From positions 160,001 to 224,000 of the forward strand of contig JBFXJJ010000002.1 of assembly GCA_050175015.1 (NCBI GenBank): 64,000 bases of DNA, written 5' to 3'. The notes under the pieces were generated by a model that saw only the letters and a program-made list of their open reading frames with translations, searched no databases and had not been told where the DNA came from. Each line of letters opens with the position of its first letter. Position 1 is the first letter of the stretch. A program made the translations under genes and the position numbers. The stretch comes from Alphaproteobacteria bacterium (GTDB taxonomy: Bacteria; Pseudomonadota; Alphaproteobacteria; JBFXJJ01). Positions 46,814 to 57,191 of the stretch are shown here, piece by piece.

Positions 46814-47797
46814 TTAGGAAATCTTAGCACGTAAACAATCATGGATATGAATTATTCCACAAGGAATTTTTTCTTCATCAACAAAAAGACTGGTAATTTT
46901 ACTTTGATTCATAATTCTTAAAGCCTCAACTGCCAGCAGTTCTTTTTTCACTGTCTTAGGATTTTTAGTCATAACATCTTTAGCTTTAAGTTCTAACATA
47001 TTTTTTGACATATGGCGACGCAAATCGCCATCGGTAATAATACCGATAATTTCTTGATTATCGTCCAATACGCAAAGACAGCCAAAACTCTTATTCGTCA
47101 TAACAATCAGCGCTTCGGGCATTGGCATATTATAATTTACATTAGGCATTTCATCGCCTTTATGCATCAAATCTTCAACCTTCAGCAAGCTTTGCCCGAG
47201 CTTTCCACCTGGGTGCCTTACCGAAAAATCATCACGAGAAAACCCTTTCTTTTCAAGCAGAGCAACCGCCAAGGCATCACCTAAAGCCATCATCATTGTT
47301 GTTGAAGTGGTAGGAGCTAAGCCAAGAGGACAGGCTTCATCTGCCTTGGGAAGAACCAACGTAACATCGCTGTTTTTAGATAAGGTGCTTTTATCTTTGC
47401 TCGTAATAGATATTAATGGGATTCCGAATCTTTTGGTATAAGCGACAATATCCTTGAGTTCTGCAGTTTCGCCAGAATTTGAAAGAGCAAGAACAACATC
47501 TTTAGCCGAAATCATTCCCAAATCACCATGACTGGCTTCAGCGGGATGAACAAAAAAAGACGGCGTTCCCGTTGATGCTAAAGTAGCTGAAATTTTACAG
47601 GCAATATGTCCGCTTTTACCAATTCCTGTAACAATTACCTTGCCTTCAAGTTTATTAATAATTTCAACAGCTTTGATAAAATTTTCATCTATTTTTTCTG
47701 AAAGCTTCTCTATTCCTTTAGCTTCCATCAACAAAACAGCCTTAGCTATAGCAATGCCATCTTTTGCTGTTGCATCTATTACCGAATTCAACTCCAA
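46814..47797 (-). CDS. kdsD: Arabinose-5-phosphate isomerase (SIS + CBS)
   Basis: GIGKSGHI, HP.EASHGDLG, APTTSTT, HPGG.LG. Confidence 0.95.
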   Translation of the reverse strand: MELNSVIDATAKDGIAIAKAVLLMEAKGIEKLSEKIDENFIKAVEIINKLEGKVIVTGIGKSGHIACKISATLASTGTPSFFVHPAEASHGDLGMISAKDVVLALSNSGETAELKDIVAYTKRFGIPLISITSKDKSTLSKNSDVTLVLPKADEACPLGLAPTTSTTMMMALGDALAVALLEKKGFSRDDFSVRHPGGKLGQSLLKVEDLMHKGDEMPNVNYNMPMPEALIVMTNKSFGCLCVLDDNQEIIGIITDGDLRRHMSKNMLELKAKDVMTKNPKTVKKELLAVEALRIMNQSKITSLFVDEEKIPCGIIHIHDCLRAKIS

Positions 47798-47822
47798 AAT
47801 TCCTTACTTACTTAAAAATTAT

Positions 47823-48458
47823 TTAATGGGAAAAGATATCCATATCATCAAAACCAGCAAGATCTAAATCCGCTCTGGTTTCTAAAAAGTCAAAAGCCTT
47901 TTGAGCCAACTCAAATCTTTTTTCTCTTTTCAGCAACGCTTCAACTTTGTCTTTTAAACGATGGAGATAAAAGACATCATTAGCAGCATAGACCATTTGT
48001 TCTTGAGATAATTTAGGACTTGCCCAATCTGAGGTTTGTTGCTCTTTTATTAGTTCAACATTGAGTAAATCATAGCATAGATTTTTAAGCCCGTGCCTAT
48101 CCGTATTAGTACGGCACAATTTTGAAGCAATTTTAGTGCAAAAAACAGGCGTGCATCTAACGCCCAAATATCTTTTGATAATTGCAACATCAAATCTAGC
48201 AAAATGGAATATTTTTAAAATATCTTGATTGCCTAAAAGTTTTTTTAGATTAGGAGCATCATAGTTATCATTAAGTTTTACTAAATGACATTCGCCATTT
48301 TCTAAGCCAATTTGAACTAAACATAAACGGTCACGATTAAGTTTTAGCCCCATAGTTTCGGTATCAACCGCGATTGATGTTCCAAAATTGATTTCACCAC
48401 TAATATCACCTTCGTGATATATGATAACAGGAGCGGTCATAGCTTTTTCCTTAAACAT
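47823..48458 (-). CDS. rnd: RNase D-like 3'-5' exonuclease
   Basis: AVDTET, RDRLCLVQ, FHFARFD, Q.SDW, YAA.DV. Confidence 0.88.
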   Translation of the reverse strand: MFKEKAMTAPVIIYHEGDISGEINFGTSIAVDTETMGLKLNRDRLCLVQIGLENGECHLVKLNDNYDAPNLKKLLGNQDILKIFHFARFDVAIIKRYLGVRCTPVFCTKIASKLCRTNTDRHGLKNLCYDLLNVELIKEQQTSDWASPKLSQEQMVYAANDVFYLHRLKDKVEALLKREKRFELAQKAFDFLETRADLDLAGFDDMDIFSH

Positions 48459-48466
48459 TCCAAAGC

Positions 48467-48553
48467 TGGTGCCCAGAAGAAGACTCGAACTTCCACAACC
48501 GTAAGGCCACAGGTACCTGAAACCTGCGCGTCTACCAATTCCGCCATCTGGGC
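48467..48553 (-). tRNA. tRNA-Leu(CAG)
   Basis: GCCCAGATGGCGGAATTGGTAGACGCG-CAGGT-TTCAGGT-ACCTG, long variable arm, GTTCGAGTC, encoded CCA. Confidence 0.96.
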
Positions 48554-48659
48554 TCTTTGGACTTTAAATATCTTAAATTACTTATACTCGTAACACTTGG
48601 TATAGCAATAAGTTAAAAAAAAGCCAATATCAATTTTATTTTTTTAACGTTTTTCTTTT

Positions 48660-49073
48660 TTAATCTCCAATTAGAGTATGTTTTAGCCTCATAACAAGTT
48701 TTTCTGGAGAAATTGGTTTAACTAAAAAATCCTGAATACCAAGTTTTTTAGCTTCAATTACAGTATCTTTATCTGCAAAATTTGTAACCATAACAATCTT
48801 AACATTAGTGTTGGTTATGCCATCTTTGCCTTCTCTGATAACTCTCGCAAATTCTAAACCTGTTAAACCTGGCATTTCGTGATCAAGCAGCAAGACATCA
48901 ATGTGATGCTTTTTTATCATCTCTGTTGCTTGAATAGCATTCGTTGCATCATAAATATTGTTGATGCCGTATTGTTTTAAAGATGTCCTCAAAAGATTTC
49001 TTGAAAAAGCATCATCATCAACTATCATATAGTTGAGAGAAATCATTCTGGGATCAATTTTCCCACTATCCAT
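48660..49073 (-). CDS. Single-domain response regulator (CheY-like)
   Basis: IVDDD, LLDHEMP...GLE, MVT, FLVKP. Confidence 0.9.
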   Translation of the reverse strand: MDSGKIDPRMISLNYMIVDDDAFSRNLLRTSLKQYGINNIYDATNAIQATEMIKKHHIDVLLLDHEMPGLTGLEFARVIREGKDGITNTNVKIVMVTNFADKDTVIEAKKLGIQDFLVKPISPEKLVMRLKHTLIGD

Positions 49074-49088
49074 ATAAAATCCCCTTAT

Positions 49089-50000
49089 TTAATTTTTCAT
49101 AAAATCGGGCATACCTATATTCAAAAAACTCTCAGGGTCTATTCTTGTTGTCCCTACACTTACTCCAAAATGCAAATGCGGACCTGTCGCTCTTCCCGTT
49201 GCTCCAACAGCCCCAATGACATCGCCTTGTTTTACTTTTTGACCCAGCCGAGCGTCTATCTGATCTAAGTGAACATAAATGGTTGAAAGCCCCATACCGT
49301 GGTCAACCATAACTGTCTTACCCGTTAAATACATATCATCATTTACTAACGAAACTATACCATCTGCCGCAGCCTTTACCGGCGTGCCTGTTCTGGCCTT
49401 AATATCTATCCCCGAATGCGGCGCTCTTGACTCTCCATTCAAAATCCGCTGACTTCCAAAAACGCTTGTTATCTGGCCGTCAACCGGCATAATAAATGAA
49501 GAATTATAAAAAACTTTGCTTGAATATTTTTCCCTAATGTTTTTTACTTGAAGGTTATCTTTTTTTATTCTTTCTGCTGTAACTTCATCAGGTGAAACCA
49601 TTGATGAAGGCAAACCTTCTATCTTCTGTATAAGCCAATTTCTTTTCATTATATTAAGCTTAACGGTTTCTACCTTATTGTTCGAGAGAACAATATCAAG
49701 CTTATTATCTTGCATCAAATCACGGTCAAACCCTAAAATAAAAAAACCGTTTTCTGAAACTGGAACAAGACTTCCATTAAATTTGACTTCAGACTTAAGC
49801 GGGACTTTGCCGTAGAACAATCCGCCCTGCCTCATATCTCCAAACAATTTCACACCTAAAGGCAAATTGTCTGGATAGCTGAACACATCGGCTGCACAAA
49901 CCTGCCCACAAAAGACAAAAGATAAAAAAACCAATAAAAAAAATAGTTTTCTTTGTTTAAAATAATTCTTTTTGAATGTCTTCATAGGCATTTTTATCAT
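49089..50000 (-). CDS. M23 family metallopeptidase
   Basis: HSGID, Y.HL, GATGRATGPHLHF; true start probably somewhat downstream. Confidence 0.9.
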   Translation of the reverse strand: MIKMPMKTFKKNYFKQRKLFFLLVFLSFVFCGQVCAADVFSYPDNLPLGVKLFGDMRQGGLFYGKVPLKSEVKFNGSLVPVSENGFFILGFDRDLMQDNKLDIVLSNNKVETVKLNIMKRNWLIQKIEGLPSSMVSPDEVTAERIKKDNLQVKNIREKYSSKVFYNSSFIMPVDGQITSVFGSQRILNGESRAPHSGIDIKARTGTPVKAAADGIVSLVNDDMYLTGKTVMVDHGMGLSTIYVHLDQIDARLGQKVKQGDVIGAVGATGRATGPHLHFGVSVGTTRIDPESFLNIGMPDFMKN

Positions 50001-51387
50001 CTTTTTTTCTTTTTGGCTGCTGCAACCTTAATGTTCCTGCATTTACTACTTTAACACAACCATCATAGAAATTTAAAGAGATTTCTGGTTGTTTTTCAGC
50101 ATTAATACTACTAATGATGGGGTTGCCTTTATTATCCTTAGCCAGAACAAAACCTCTTTTTAGAATGTTCATAAAAGAGCAATTTTCCAATTCTGCCCCG
50201 TTTCTTTCAAGCTGGTTTCTTTTCTCGCTCAATACGTTTTCCATAACTGTTTGAAGTCTAAATTTCAGCTGAGCAATTTTCATTTTTTCAGAATTAATCA
50301 TAGCCTCAGGATTTATTAATAAAGACTTTAAGCGAAAAACCACACTTTCTTTTCTTTCAAGAAAAACCTTGGTTCCATTATAGAACCTTTCCATTCTGTC
50401 ATCTAACTGCTGGCTTAATTCTCCGATAAGATTTTGCGGCTGCGGCAAAGCCCTTGCGATATTCTTGATATTATAACGCCTGTCTGCAATAAACTTCTGC
50501 CAAGAACTAAGAGCTCTGACTTCCAGCTTTTTAATATGTGAAACTAAATCTATCCTAACAGGAACCACCATTTCAGCTGCGGCACTAGGGGTCGGAGCCC
50601 TAACGTCTGCCGCATAATCAATTAAAGTCGTATCCGTTTCGTGTCCAATCGCAGAGATTACAGGGATTTCAGAGGCCGCAACGGCTCTTGCCAGTTCCTC
50701 ATCATTAAAAGCCCACAAATCTTCAAAACTTCCGCCACCTCTAGCTACAATAATAACATCAGGCTTTAACTTTAAATCTTTAATTCTGTTAAATCCCTTA
50801 ATCGCTTCAACAATTTTGGGCGGAGCAGCATCTCCTTGAACCGGTGCCGGCCACAACAGAAGATGACGGGGAAATCTATCACTAATGCGGTGCAGCATAT
50901 CACGTATTACAGCCCCAGTAGGCGAAGTTATTATTCCTATTTTTTCAGGAATAAGCGGTATCTTCTTTTTTCTTGAAATATCAAAAACGCCTTCTTTGCT
51001 TAAACGTTCTTTGCGTTCCATAAGAAGCTTAAGCAGAGCACCTTCGCCGGAAGCCTCCATTTTTTCAACAATTATCTGATACTGAGAGCGTCCTTGATAG
51101 GTTGTAATCCTGCCTGAGCATATAACTTCAAGACCTTCTTCGGGAGCAATGCTTAAACGATCAGCGTTTCCTCTCCAGCATATTGCAGAAATAAGCGCAT
51201 TTTCATCTTTAAGGCTAAAATATAAATGACCAGAATAGTGCTTTTTAAAACCTGTAATTTCACCCTTAATTTTCACTAAGCCTAAACCATTCTCAAGAGC
51301 AGATTTGATTTTTAGTGAAACTTCACTCACAGACATTACTTCTGAAGTTCGGTTTGAAATCAGGTCATTGTTTTCAAAATCAATCAT
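49957..51387 (-). CDS. xseA: Exodeoxyribonuclease VII large subunit
   Basis: SGHLYFSLKD, ITSPTGAVIRD, ARGGGS.EDLW.FN, GHETD, RAPTPSAAAE. Confidence 0.96.
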   Translation of the reverse strand: MIDFENNDLISNRTSEVMSVSEVSLKIKSALENGLGLVKIKGEITGFKKHYSGHLYFSLKDENALISAICWRGNADRLSIAPEEGLEVICSGRITTYQGRSQYQIIVEKMEASGEGALLKLLMERKERLSKEGVFDISRKKKIPLIPEKIGIITSPTGAVIRDMLHRISDRFPRHLLLWPAPVQGDAAPPKIVEAIKGFNRIKDLKLKPDVIIVARGGGSFEDLWAFNDEELARAVAASEIPVISAIGHETDTTLIDYAADVRAPTPSAAAEMVVPVRIDLVSHIKKLEVRALSSWQKFIADRRYNIKNIARALPQPQNLIGELSQQLDDRMERFYNGTKVFLERKESVVFRLKSLLINPEAMINSEKMKIAQLKFRLQTVMENVLSEKRNQLERNGAELENCSFMNILKRGFVLAKDNKGNPIISSINAEKQPEISLNFYDGCVKVVNAGTLRLQQPKRKKDDKNAYEDIQKELF

Positions 51388-51857
51388 TTAATCATTCTAA
51401 TTTCTGTAAAAAAATTTCTAATAATCTCGGAGCATTTCATTTCTTCTATGCCGCTGTAAATCTCAGGAATATGATGGCAGCTGGAACTTTGAAAAATCTT
51501 AGGTCCATGCAAAACCCCGCCCGACTTAGGGTCATAAGCTCCAAAATAAAGCCTTTTTAAACGCACCAACGAGATAGCTGATGCACATAACGGACAAGGC
51601 TCTAACGTTACATAAATATCTAGATTATCAAGGGTTTTAGAGCCCAATTTGCGACAAGCTTCGTTTATTACTAAAATTTCAGCGTGGTTTAGAGGATTTT
51701 TAGTTTCTTCAACTCTATTACCAGCACTTGCAACAATTTTATTTTCTTTAGCATCAAAGATAACCGCTCCCACAGGAATTTCGCCATTCTTTCCAGCTAT
51801 TTCTGCTTGAAGAAGCGCAAACTGCATCGGGTTAAAGGCTTTGTCTGTAACAAACAT
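51384..51857 (-). CDS. tadA: tRNA adenosine deaminase / nucleoside deaminase
   Basis: GEIPVGAV, HAE, VTLEPC..C, GA.DPK.G. Confidence 0.9.
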   Translation of the reverse strand: MFVTDKAFNPMQFALLQAEIAGKNGEIPVGAVIFDAKENKIVASAGNRVEETKNPLNHAEILVINEACRKLGSKTLDNLDIYVTLEPCPLCASAISLVRLKRLYFGAYDPKSGGVLHGPKIFQSSSCHHIPEIYSGIEEMKCSEIIRNFFTEIRMIK

Positions 51858-51948
51858 ATTGTATTACTCTAAAAAAAATATCACTATATAGTGTTTTATT
51901 ATGATATTTTATTTTTAGCAACCCTTTAAGCGGAGTTTTCAATTTAAT

Positions 51949-52962
51949 ATGAATATTGATATCGCCCCTAATAATTACAAAATAGATCTTGGCGGTTATT
52001 CTATTAACGAAACAACGTTTGCCCACATCAGTGACGCCAGCCGCTTAACAGGAACCAGCCTCGAGTACCTCTTAGCAAAAGCAGGACAGGAAAGCAGTTT
52101 TGCTCCTAATGCTAAATCCTTATCTTCAAGTGCCGCAGGTCTTTATCAATTTACAGAAAACACTTGGCTGCAGCAATTTAAACTCCACGCTGCTAAATAT
52201 GGATATAATGAGTTTGCTAAACATATAACAAGCGATGCTCGTGGTCATTTTGATGTCGATGACAAAAAAATTAAAAACAAGATTTTAGCCTTAAGAAAAG
52301 ATACCAAAATATCCTCGTTACTTGCCGCAGAACTCGCTAGAACGAACCAAGCAATTTTGGAAAAAGAATTAAACATTGAAGCTACGCCTTCAGATTTATA
52401 CCTAGCACATTTTTTAGGAATAAATGGCGCAATTTCCCTTCTAAAAGCCATTGATGAAAATCCCAAACAAAATGCCTGCTCTCTTTTTCCAGAAGCGGCA
52501 AAAGCAAACACTCGAGTTTTTTACAAAGAAAAAGGAAAGAAGCCTCGTAATGTTAAAGAGGTTTACACTTTCATCAGTAAGCTTTTTGAGATTTCAGCCA
52601 AACGCATAACTAATATTCCAACAAGTATAATTGCAACCCTGCCTAAAATGCTTCCTAAAGCGAATCTCAAAACCGATTTGAGACTAGAAAATAAAAAAGC
52701 CAATCAGTTTAGTCAAATTGATCACAATGTTGATATTTTTCATATCAATGATTTTAAAAGCATTGAAAATAATGGTAACAACGATTTCAACTCTTTGAAT
52801 TTTAAAGATATTTTAACTATAAACAACACTGTTCCTATTCTGCCTAATAAAATCAGCGCTCGAATGATTCCCGAAAAAAAACTTGCCGTTGATGAAAAAA
52901 ATGTTTCTTTACCAGAAATAAACTTTATAAATGAGATTATCGAACACGTTACCAATAAATAA
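51949..52962 (+). CDS. Lytic transglycosylase-like (SLT) protein
   Basis: A.QESSF, SSA.GLYQF.E.TWL, LYLAHFLG..GA, AAKAN..VFY. Confidence 0.82.
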   Translation: MNIDIAPNNYKIDLGGYSINETTFAHISDASRLTGTSLEYLLAKAGQESSFAPNAKSLSSSAAGLYQFTENTWLQQFKLHAAKYGYNEFAKHITSDARGHFDVDDKKIKNKILALRKDTKISSLLAAELARTNQAILEKELNIEATPSDLYLAHFLGINGAISLLKAIDENPKQNACSLFPEAAKANTRVFYKEKGKKPRNVKEVYTFISKLFEISAKRITNIPTSIIATLPKMLPKANLKTDLRLENKKANQFSQIDHNVDIFHINDFKSIENNGNNDFNSLNFKDILTINNTVPILPNKISARMIPEKKLAVDEKNVSLPEINFINEIIEHVTNK

Positions 52963-52988
52963 CTATTTAAATAAGGTATTAAATCCTA

Positions 52989-53738
52989 ATGGAAAAACAA
53001 GCAAAAACTAAAGCGTTTGAGGGTGAACGCTTAGCGAAGGTTATTGCTAGATCTGGGGTTTGCTCCAGACGCGACGCTGAAAAATTAATTGCCTCTGGAA
53101 AAGTTACGGTTAACAATCAAAAAGTTGAAAGCCCAGCTTTAAATGTTAAGAATTCTGATGAGATAAAAATTGAGGGGAATTTACTAAATTCTCCAGAAAA
53201 AACCCGTATTTGGCGTTTTCACAAACCTAAAGGGATTGTTACAACCAACCGTGATCCTCAAAATAGAACTACTATTTTTGAATTGTTGCCTAAAGATATG
53301 CCAAGAGTGGTTTCTGTTGGACGCCTAGACTTAAACTCTGAAGGGCTTTTACTTTTAACTAATGACGGCGAACTTTCAAGACATCTTGAACTGCCTACGA
53401 CAGGCTGGTCACGTAAATACCGTGTCCGAGTTCATGGAAAAGTCGATGCCAAAAAACTTGAAGAATTAGAAAAAGGCATCAGTTTTGAAGGTGTTAATTA
53501 CGGTGTTGCCAAAGTTACGGTCGAACGCACCCAAGGTTCCAACGCTTGGTTAGTTGCAACAATAAAGGAAGGTAAAAACCGCGAGATACGAAAAATAATG
53601 GAAAGCATTGGTTTAGAAGTTACAAGGCTTATCCGTGTATCTTATGGACCTTTCCAACTAGGAAACCTTGCTAAAGGCAAAGTTGCAGAAGTTCCAGCCA
53701 AAGTAATTAAGGAACAATTAGGAAAATATCTTTCATAA
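52989..53738 (+). CDS. rluB: rRNA pseudouridine synthase (RluB/RsuA family)
   Basis: S4 domain, HKPKG, VGRLD.NSEGLLLLTNDG, EGKNREIR. Confidence 0.9.
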   Translation: MEKQAKTKAFEGERLAKVIARSGVCSRRDAEKLIASGKVTVNNQKVESPALNVKNSDEIKIEGNLLNSPEKTRIWRFHKPKGIVTTNRDPQNRTTIFELLPKDMPRVVSVGRLDLNSEGLLLLTNDGELSRHLELPTTGWSRKYRVRVHGKVDAKKLEELEKGISFEGVNYGVAKVTVERTQGSNAWLVATIKEGKNREIRKIMESIGLEVTRLIRVSYGPFQLGNLAKGKVAEVPAKVIKEQLGKYLS

Positions 53739-53778
53739 GAAAACAAGCAGCTTTTTAAGTAAAACAAGGCAGGTTTTT

Positions 53779-54339
53779 TTGAGAATAATATCAGGAACAC
53801 TAAAAGGGAAAAAAATTCTTTCTCAAGAAGGACAAGATACTAGACCAACTTCTGATAAAAATCGGCAATCTCTGTTTAATATTATCTGCCATAACTATTT
53901 TTCTCAGAATCTAACAGGCGTCAGCGTTCTTGATATTTTTGCAGGAAGCGGCGCCTTAGGTTTAGAGGCCTTATCAAGAGGAGCATTAAAAGCTTGTTTT
54001 GTTGAGAACAACAAAAAAGCTCTATATTACATTAATGAAAATATTAAAAACTGCCGCTTAGAAAAACAAAGCGAAATTATAAAGAGCGATGCCACGAATC
54101 TTGCCAACTTAAAAAATGAATGTTTTTCATTAATTTTTATTGACCCCCCTTATCACAAAAATCTAATTGAACCAACGCTCAACAATTTAATTAAGAATCA
54201 TTTTATAAATAATGAAACCATCTTAGTCATTGAAACTGCTAAAGATGAGAGCATAAACCTTCCTGAAAACGGCATAATTGATGATCAAAGGAGCTATGGA
54301 ATAACAAAATTTTCCTTTATGAAAATAAAATCTTTTTAA
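53779..54339 (+). CDS. rsmD: 16S rRNA m2G966 methyltransferase
   Basis: RIISG..KG, RPT.D, LD.FAGSGALGLEALSRGA, DPPY. Confidence 0.95.
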   Translation: MRIISGTLKGKKILSQEGQDTRPTSDKNRQSLFNIICHNYFSQNLTGVSVLDIFAGSGALGLEALSRGALKACFVENNKKALYYINENIKNCRLEKQSEIIKSDATNLANLKNECFSLIFIDPPYHKNLIEPTLNNLIKNHFINNETILVIETAKDESINLPENGIIDDQRSYGITKFSFMKIKSF

Positions 54340-54429
54340 GATTTTTTCTAGTTTTCTTTGATTTTATTTTATTATCACGTTAAAACTAAAACAATTGTAA
54401 TATTTTTGAAATATTAGCTGGAGGTTCTC

Positions 54430-55299
54430 TTGGAAAATTACGAAGAACAACTCAACAACTTGCGTGATGAAATTGATAAAATTGATGATGCTCTTCATGA
54501 AAATTTAGTAAAGCGCACAAAAATTGTTTTAGAAATAGCTAAGGTAAAAAGAAGTATGCCTAATTCTGACAGAGCTAGCGCTTGGCACCCTGCTAGGGAA
54601 GTTAGGATTTTAAGAAGACTGCTGGGCAAAGACAGTGGAGGCTTTCCTAAAACATCTATTTTTAGAATTTGGCGTGAAATGTTTGGAGCATTAACCAATT
54701 TACAAAAGCCTTTTATTATGGCTGTTTTTATGCCTCAGCGCGGCGCTGGATTTTTAGAAATTGCTAGAGATCAATTTGGAGCTTATTCTCCCTTTTCCGT
54801 TTGCGGCTCGGTTGGACAGATTATTAGAGAGCTTACAGAAAACAAAGCTTCTGTCGGTGTAATTCCTATTGATGACAGTTATGATTCGACTTCTCCTTGG
54901 TGGATAAAAATGCTGCCGTCCAACATTAAAGTTGTTGCCAGACTGCCGTTAATTGGACCTGGCGAAGGTCGTGGCGGAGGCAAAGAAGCTTATGTTTTAG
55001 CTGTTGCTCCTCACGAGAATACTGGAGATGACCGCTCCTTAATGGTAATTGAAGTCAAAGAGGAAGCTTTCAGTATTGGTTCTTTAAAAGAAAAATTGAA
55101 AACGGTTGATATTGAAATCGAGAGAATTTGCTCTAATTACACCGTTAATGATAAAGAAGCGGCATATCTTGCTGAGGTTCAAGGATATATCAGTGACGAT
55201 GATCCTAGAATTAAAAAGCTTTATTCCAGCAATAAAAATAATTTTTCGAAAATAACAATTATTGGAGGCTATGCCGTACCACTCGATACGCAAGCCTAA
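54430..55299 (+). CDS. Chorismate mutase (AroQ domain + C-terminal PDT-like remnant)
   Basis: L..LR.EID.ID, P.RE..ILRRL, RIWRE, IGGYA.P; upstream of hisC as is common in alphaproteobacteria. Confidence 0.85.
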   Translation: MENYEEQLNNLRDEIDKIDDALHENLVKRTKIVLEIAKVKRSMPNSDRASAWHPAREVRILRRLLGKDSGGFPKTSIFRIWREMFGALTNLQKPFIMAVFMPQRGAGFLEIARDQFGAYSPFSVCGSVGQIIRELTENKASVGVIPIDDSYDSTSPWWIKMLPSNIKVVARLPLIGPGEGRGGGKEAYVLAVAPHENTGDDRSLMVIEVKEEAFSIGSLKEKLKTVDIEIERICSNYTVNDKEAAYLAEVQGYISDDDPRIKKLYSSNKNNFSKITIIGGYAVPLDTQA

Positions 55300-55320
55300 T
55301 AAGTTATAGGATTTTTGCAA

Positions 55321-56412
55321 ATGTCTAGTCCAACTCCAAAACCAGGAATTATGGATATTACGCCCTACAAAGGCGGCGAAGCCAAAATTAAAGGCGTTTC
55401 TCAAATTTTAAAGTTATCATCTAATGAAAATGCATTTGGAATAAGCCCGAAAGCACTTGAAGCGATAAAAAAGCATTCTGAAGAAGCTTTTCGTTATCCT
55501 GATGGCAACTGCAACCTGCTTCGAGATGCTCTTGCGGAAAAATATCAAATACCTTCTGAAAATATTGTATGCGGCGCTGGCTCCGATGAACTGATAAAAA
55601 CAATCTGCAATGCTTTTGCAGGCTGTGGCGATGAAGTCTTATATAATTATCATGGTTTTTTGATGTATGGCATTTACGCTAAAGCATTTGGAGCAACCCC
55701 TATTAAAGCTCCGGAAAAAGACTTTACGGTCGATATCGATACTTTAATCGCAGCCGTAACACCTAAAACCAAAATTGTTTTTTTAGCTAATCCTAATAAC
55801 CCAACAGGAACAATGGTTCCTAAAAATGAAATTGAAAGACTTGCTAAAAGCCTGCCTTCCAACATTCTTCTTGTAATTGATGCTGCCTATGCTGAATTTA
55901 TTGAAGATGACAACTACTCAACAGGATTTGAGCTTGTTTCTAAATTACCCAACGTAGCTGTTCTTAGAACCTTTTCAAAGATTTACGGCTTGGGAGGTAT
56001 CCGCTTAGGTTTTTGCTATTGCAGCGCTGCCATCGCCGATATTCTTAATCGAGTAAGAGGGCCTTTTAATGTCTCATCTTTAGCTCAAGAAGCGGGAATT
56101 GCAGCATTAGGTGATGAAGATTTTGTTGATAAGTCGAAAAAACATAATTTTTACTGGCTTCCTAAATTAACCGAAGAAGTTAATAAAATCGGCATAAAAA
56201 CAACGTTATCTTTTGGAAATTTCATTCTGGCGATATTCCCTGAAAATGGCGATAAAACCGCGCAAAATGCTGATGATTTTTTACGTAAAAACGGCATTAT
56301 TACAAGACGTATGGAACCTTATAATCTTCCTAACACTTTAAGAATAAGCATTGGACGTGACGATGAAATGAACTTCTTAATCAAAACTTTAACTGATTTT
56401 ATGAATGGATAA
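55321..56412 (+). CDS. hisC: Histidinol-phosphate aminotransferase
   Basis: KLSSNEN, YPD, GAGSDE, NPNNPTG, D.AYAEF, RTFSK.YGLGG.R.G. Confidence 0.95.
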   Translation: MSSPTPKPGIMDITPYKGGEAKIKGVSQILKLSSNENAFGISPKALEAIKKHSEEAFRYPDGNCNLLRDALAEKYQIPSENIVCGAGSDELIKTICNAFAGCGDEVLYNYHGFLMYGIYAKAFGATPIKAPEKDFTVDIDTLIAAVTPKTKIVFLANPNNPTGTMVPKNEIERLAKSLPSNILLVIDAAYAEFIEDDNYSTGFELVSKLPNVAVLRTFSKIYGLGGIRLGFCYCSAAIADILNRVRGPFNVSSLAQEAGIAALGDEDFVDKSKKHNFYWLPKLTEEVNKIGIKTTLSFGNFILAIFPENGDKTAQNADDFLRKNGIITRRMEPYNLPNTLRISIGRDDEMNFLIKTLTDFMNG

Positions 56413-56420
56413 ATTCTTCA

Positions 56421-57050
56421 ATGGCAACTAGAAATATTAAAAATGTAGTATTCGACTTTGGCAATGTCTTAATTGCTTGGGACGTAAAAAGCCTCTATGT
56501 TAAAATTTTTAACGGTGATGAACAAAAAGCTTCTTGGTTTTTGAGCAATATCTGCACCCTAGAATGGAACCGCCAGCTTGATGAAGGGGTTACTTTTGAT
56601 GATGCTATCGCACAACTTCTGGGTAAGTGGCCAGAATATGAAGAAGAAATAAAAGCTTATAAAACCCGTTGGCACGAAACTATTGTTGGTGAAATATCAC
56701 CATCGGTCAACGTATTAAAAAATTTAAAAAACAAAGGCTATCCATTATACGGTCTTACAAACTGGTCTCACGAAACTATCGGCTATGCTAAAAACAGGTT
56801 CCCATTCTTAAATTTATTAGATGGTATTGTGGTTTCGGGCGAAGAAAAAGTATCTAAACCAGATAATGAAATTTTTGAGATTCTCTTAAAAAGATATCAG
56901 CTTAATCCAAATGAAACACTCTTTATTGACGATAATGGGGACAACATCAAAACCGCAGATAAGCTAGGATTTGATACAATATGGTTTCAAAATTCAGACC
57001 AACTTGAAACCGAAATTGTTACCAGAAATCTTTTTAAAAAAAAATTTTAA
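56421..57050 (+). CDS. HAD-family phosphatase / haloacid dehalogenase-like
   Basis: FDFGNVL, LTNWS, KPD..IF, FIDD...N. Confidence 0.88.
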   Translation: MATRNIKNVVFDFGNVLIAWDVKSLYVKIFNGDEQKASWFLSNICTLEWNRQLDEGVTFDDAIAQLLGKWPEYEEEIKAYKTRWHETIVGEISPSVNVLKNLKNKGYPLYGLTNWSHETIGYAKNRFPFLNLLDGIVVSGEEKVSKPDNEIFEILLKRYQLNPNETLFIDDNGDNIKTADKLGFDTIWFQNSDQLETEIVTRNLFKKKF

Positions 57051-57059
57051 GAAAAGATA

Positions 57060-57087
57060 TTGAAACTAAAAAATACCCTACCTATAT
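57060..57087 (+). promoter_or_regulatory. RpoH (sigma32)-type promoter of ibpA
   Basis: TTGAA-N16-CCTATAT. Confidence 0.75.
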
Positions 57088-57094
57088 AATTTTT

Positions 57095-57191
57095 GTTAAG
57101 GACGCCATAAGTAATGGGTTCTTACAAATGAAGTGATTTTTAATACTTAAACAATATTTTATCGCTTAATATTTAGGAGGGTAAAAAAATG
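57095..57191 (+). ncRNA. ROSE-like RNA thermometer
   Basis: 5' hairpin TAAGGACGCCAT...ATGGGTTCTTA and a TCGCT motif able to pair with the AGGA SD; upstream of a small heat shock gene. Confidence 0.6.
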
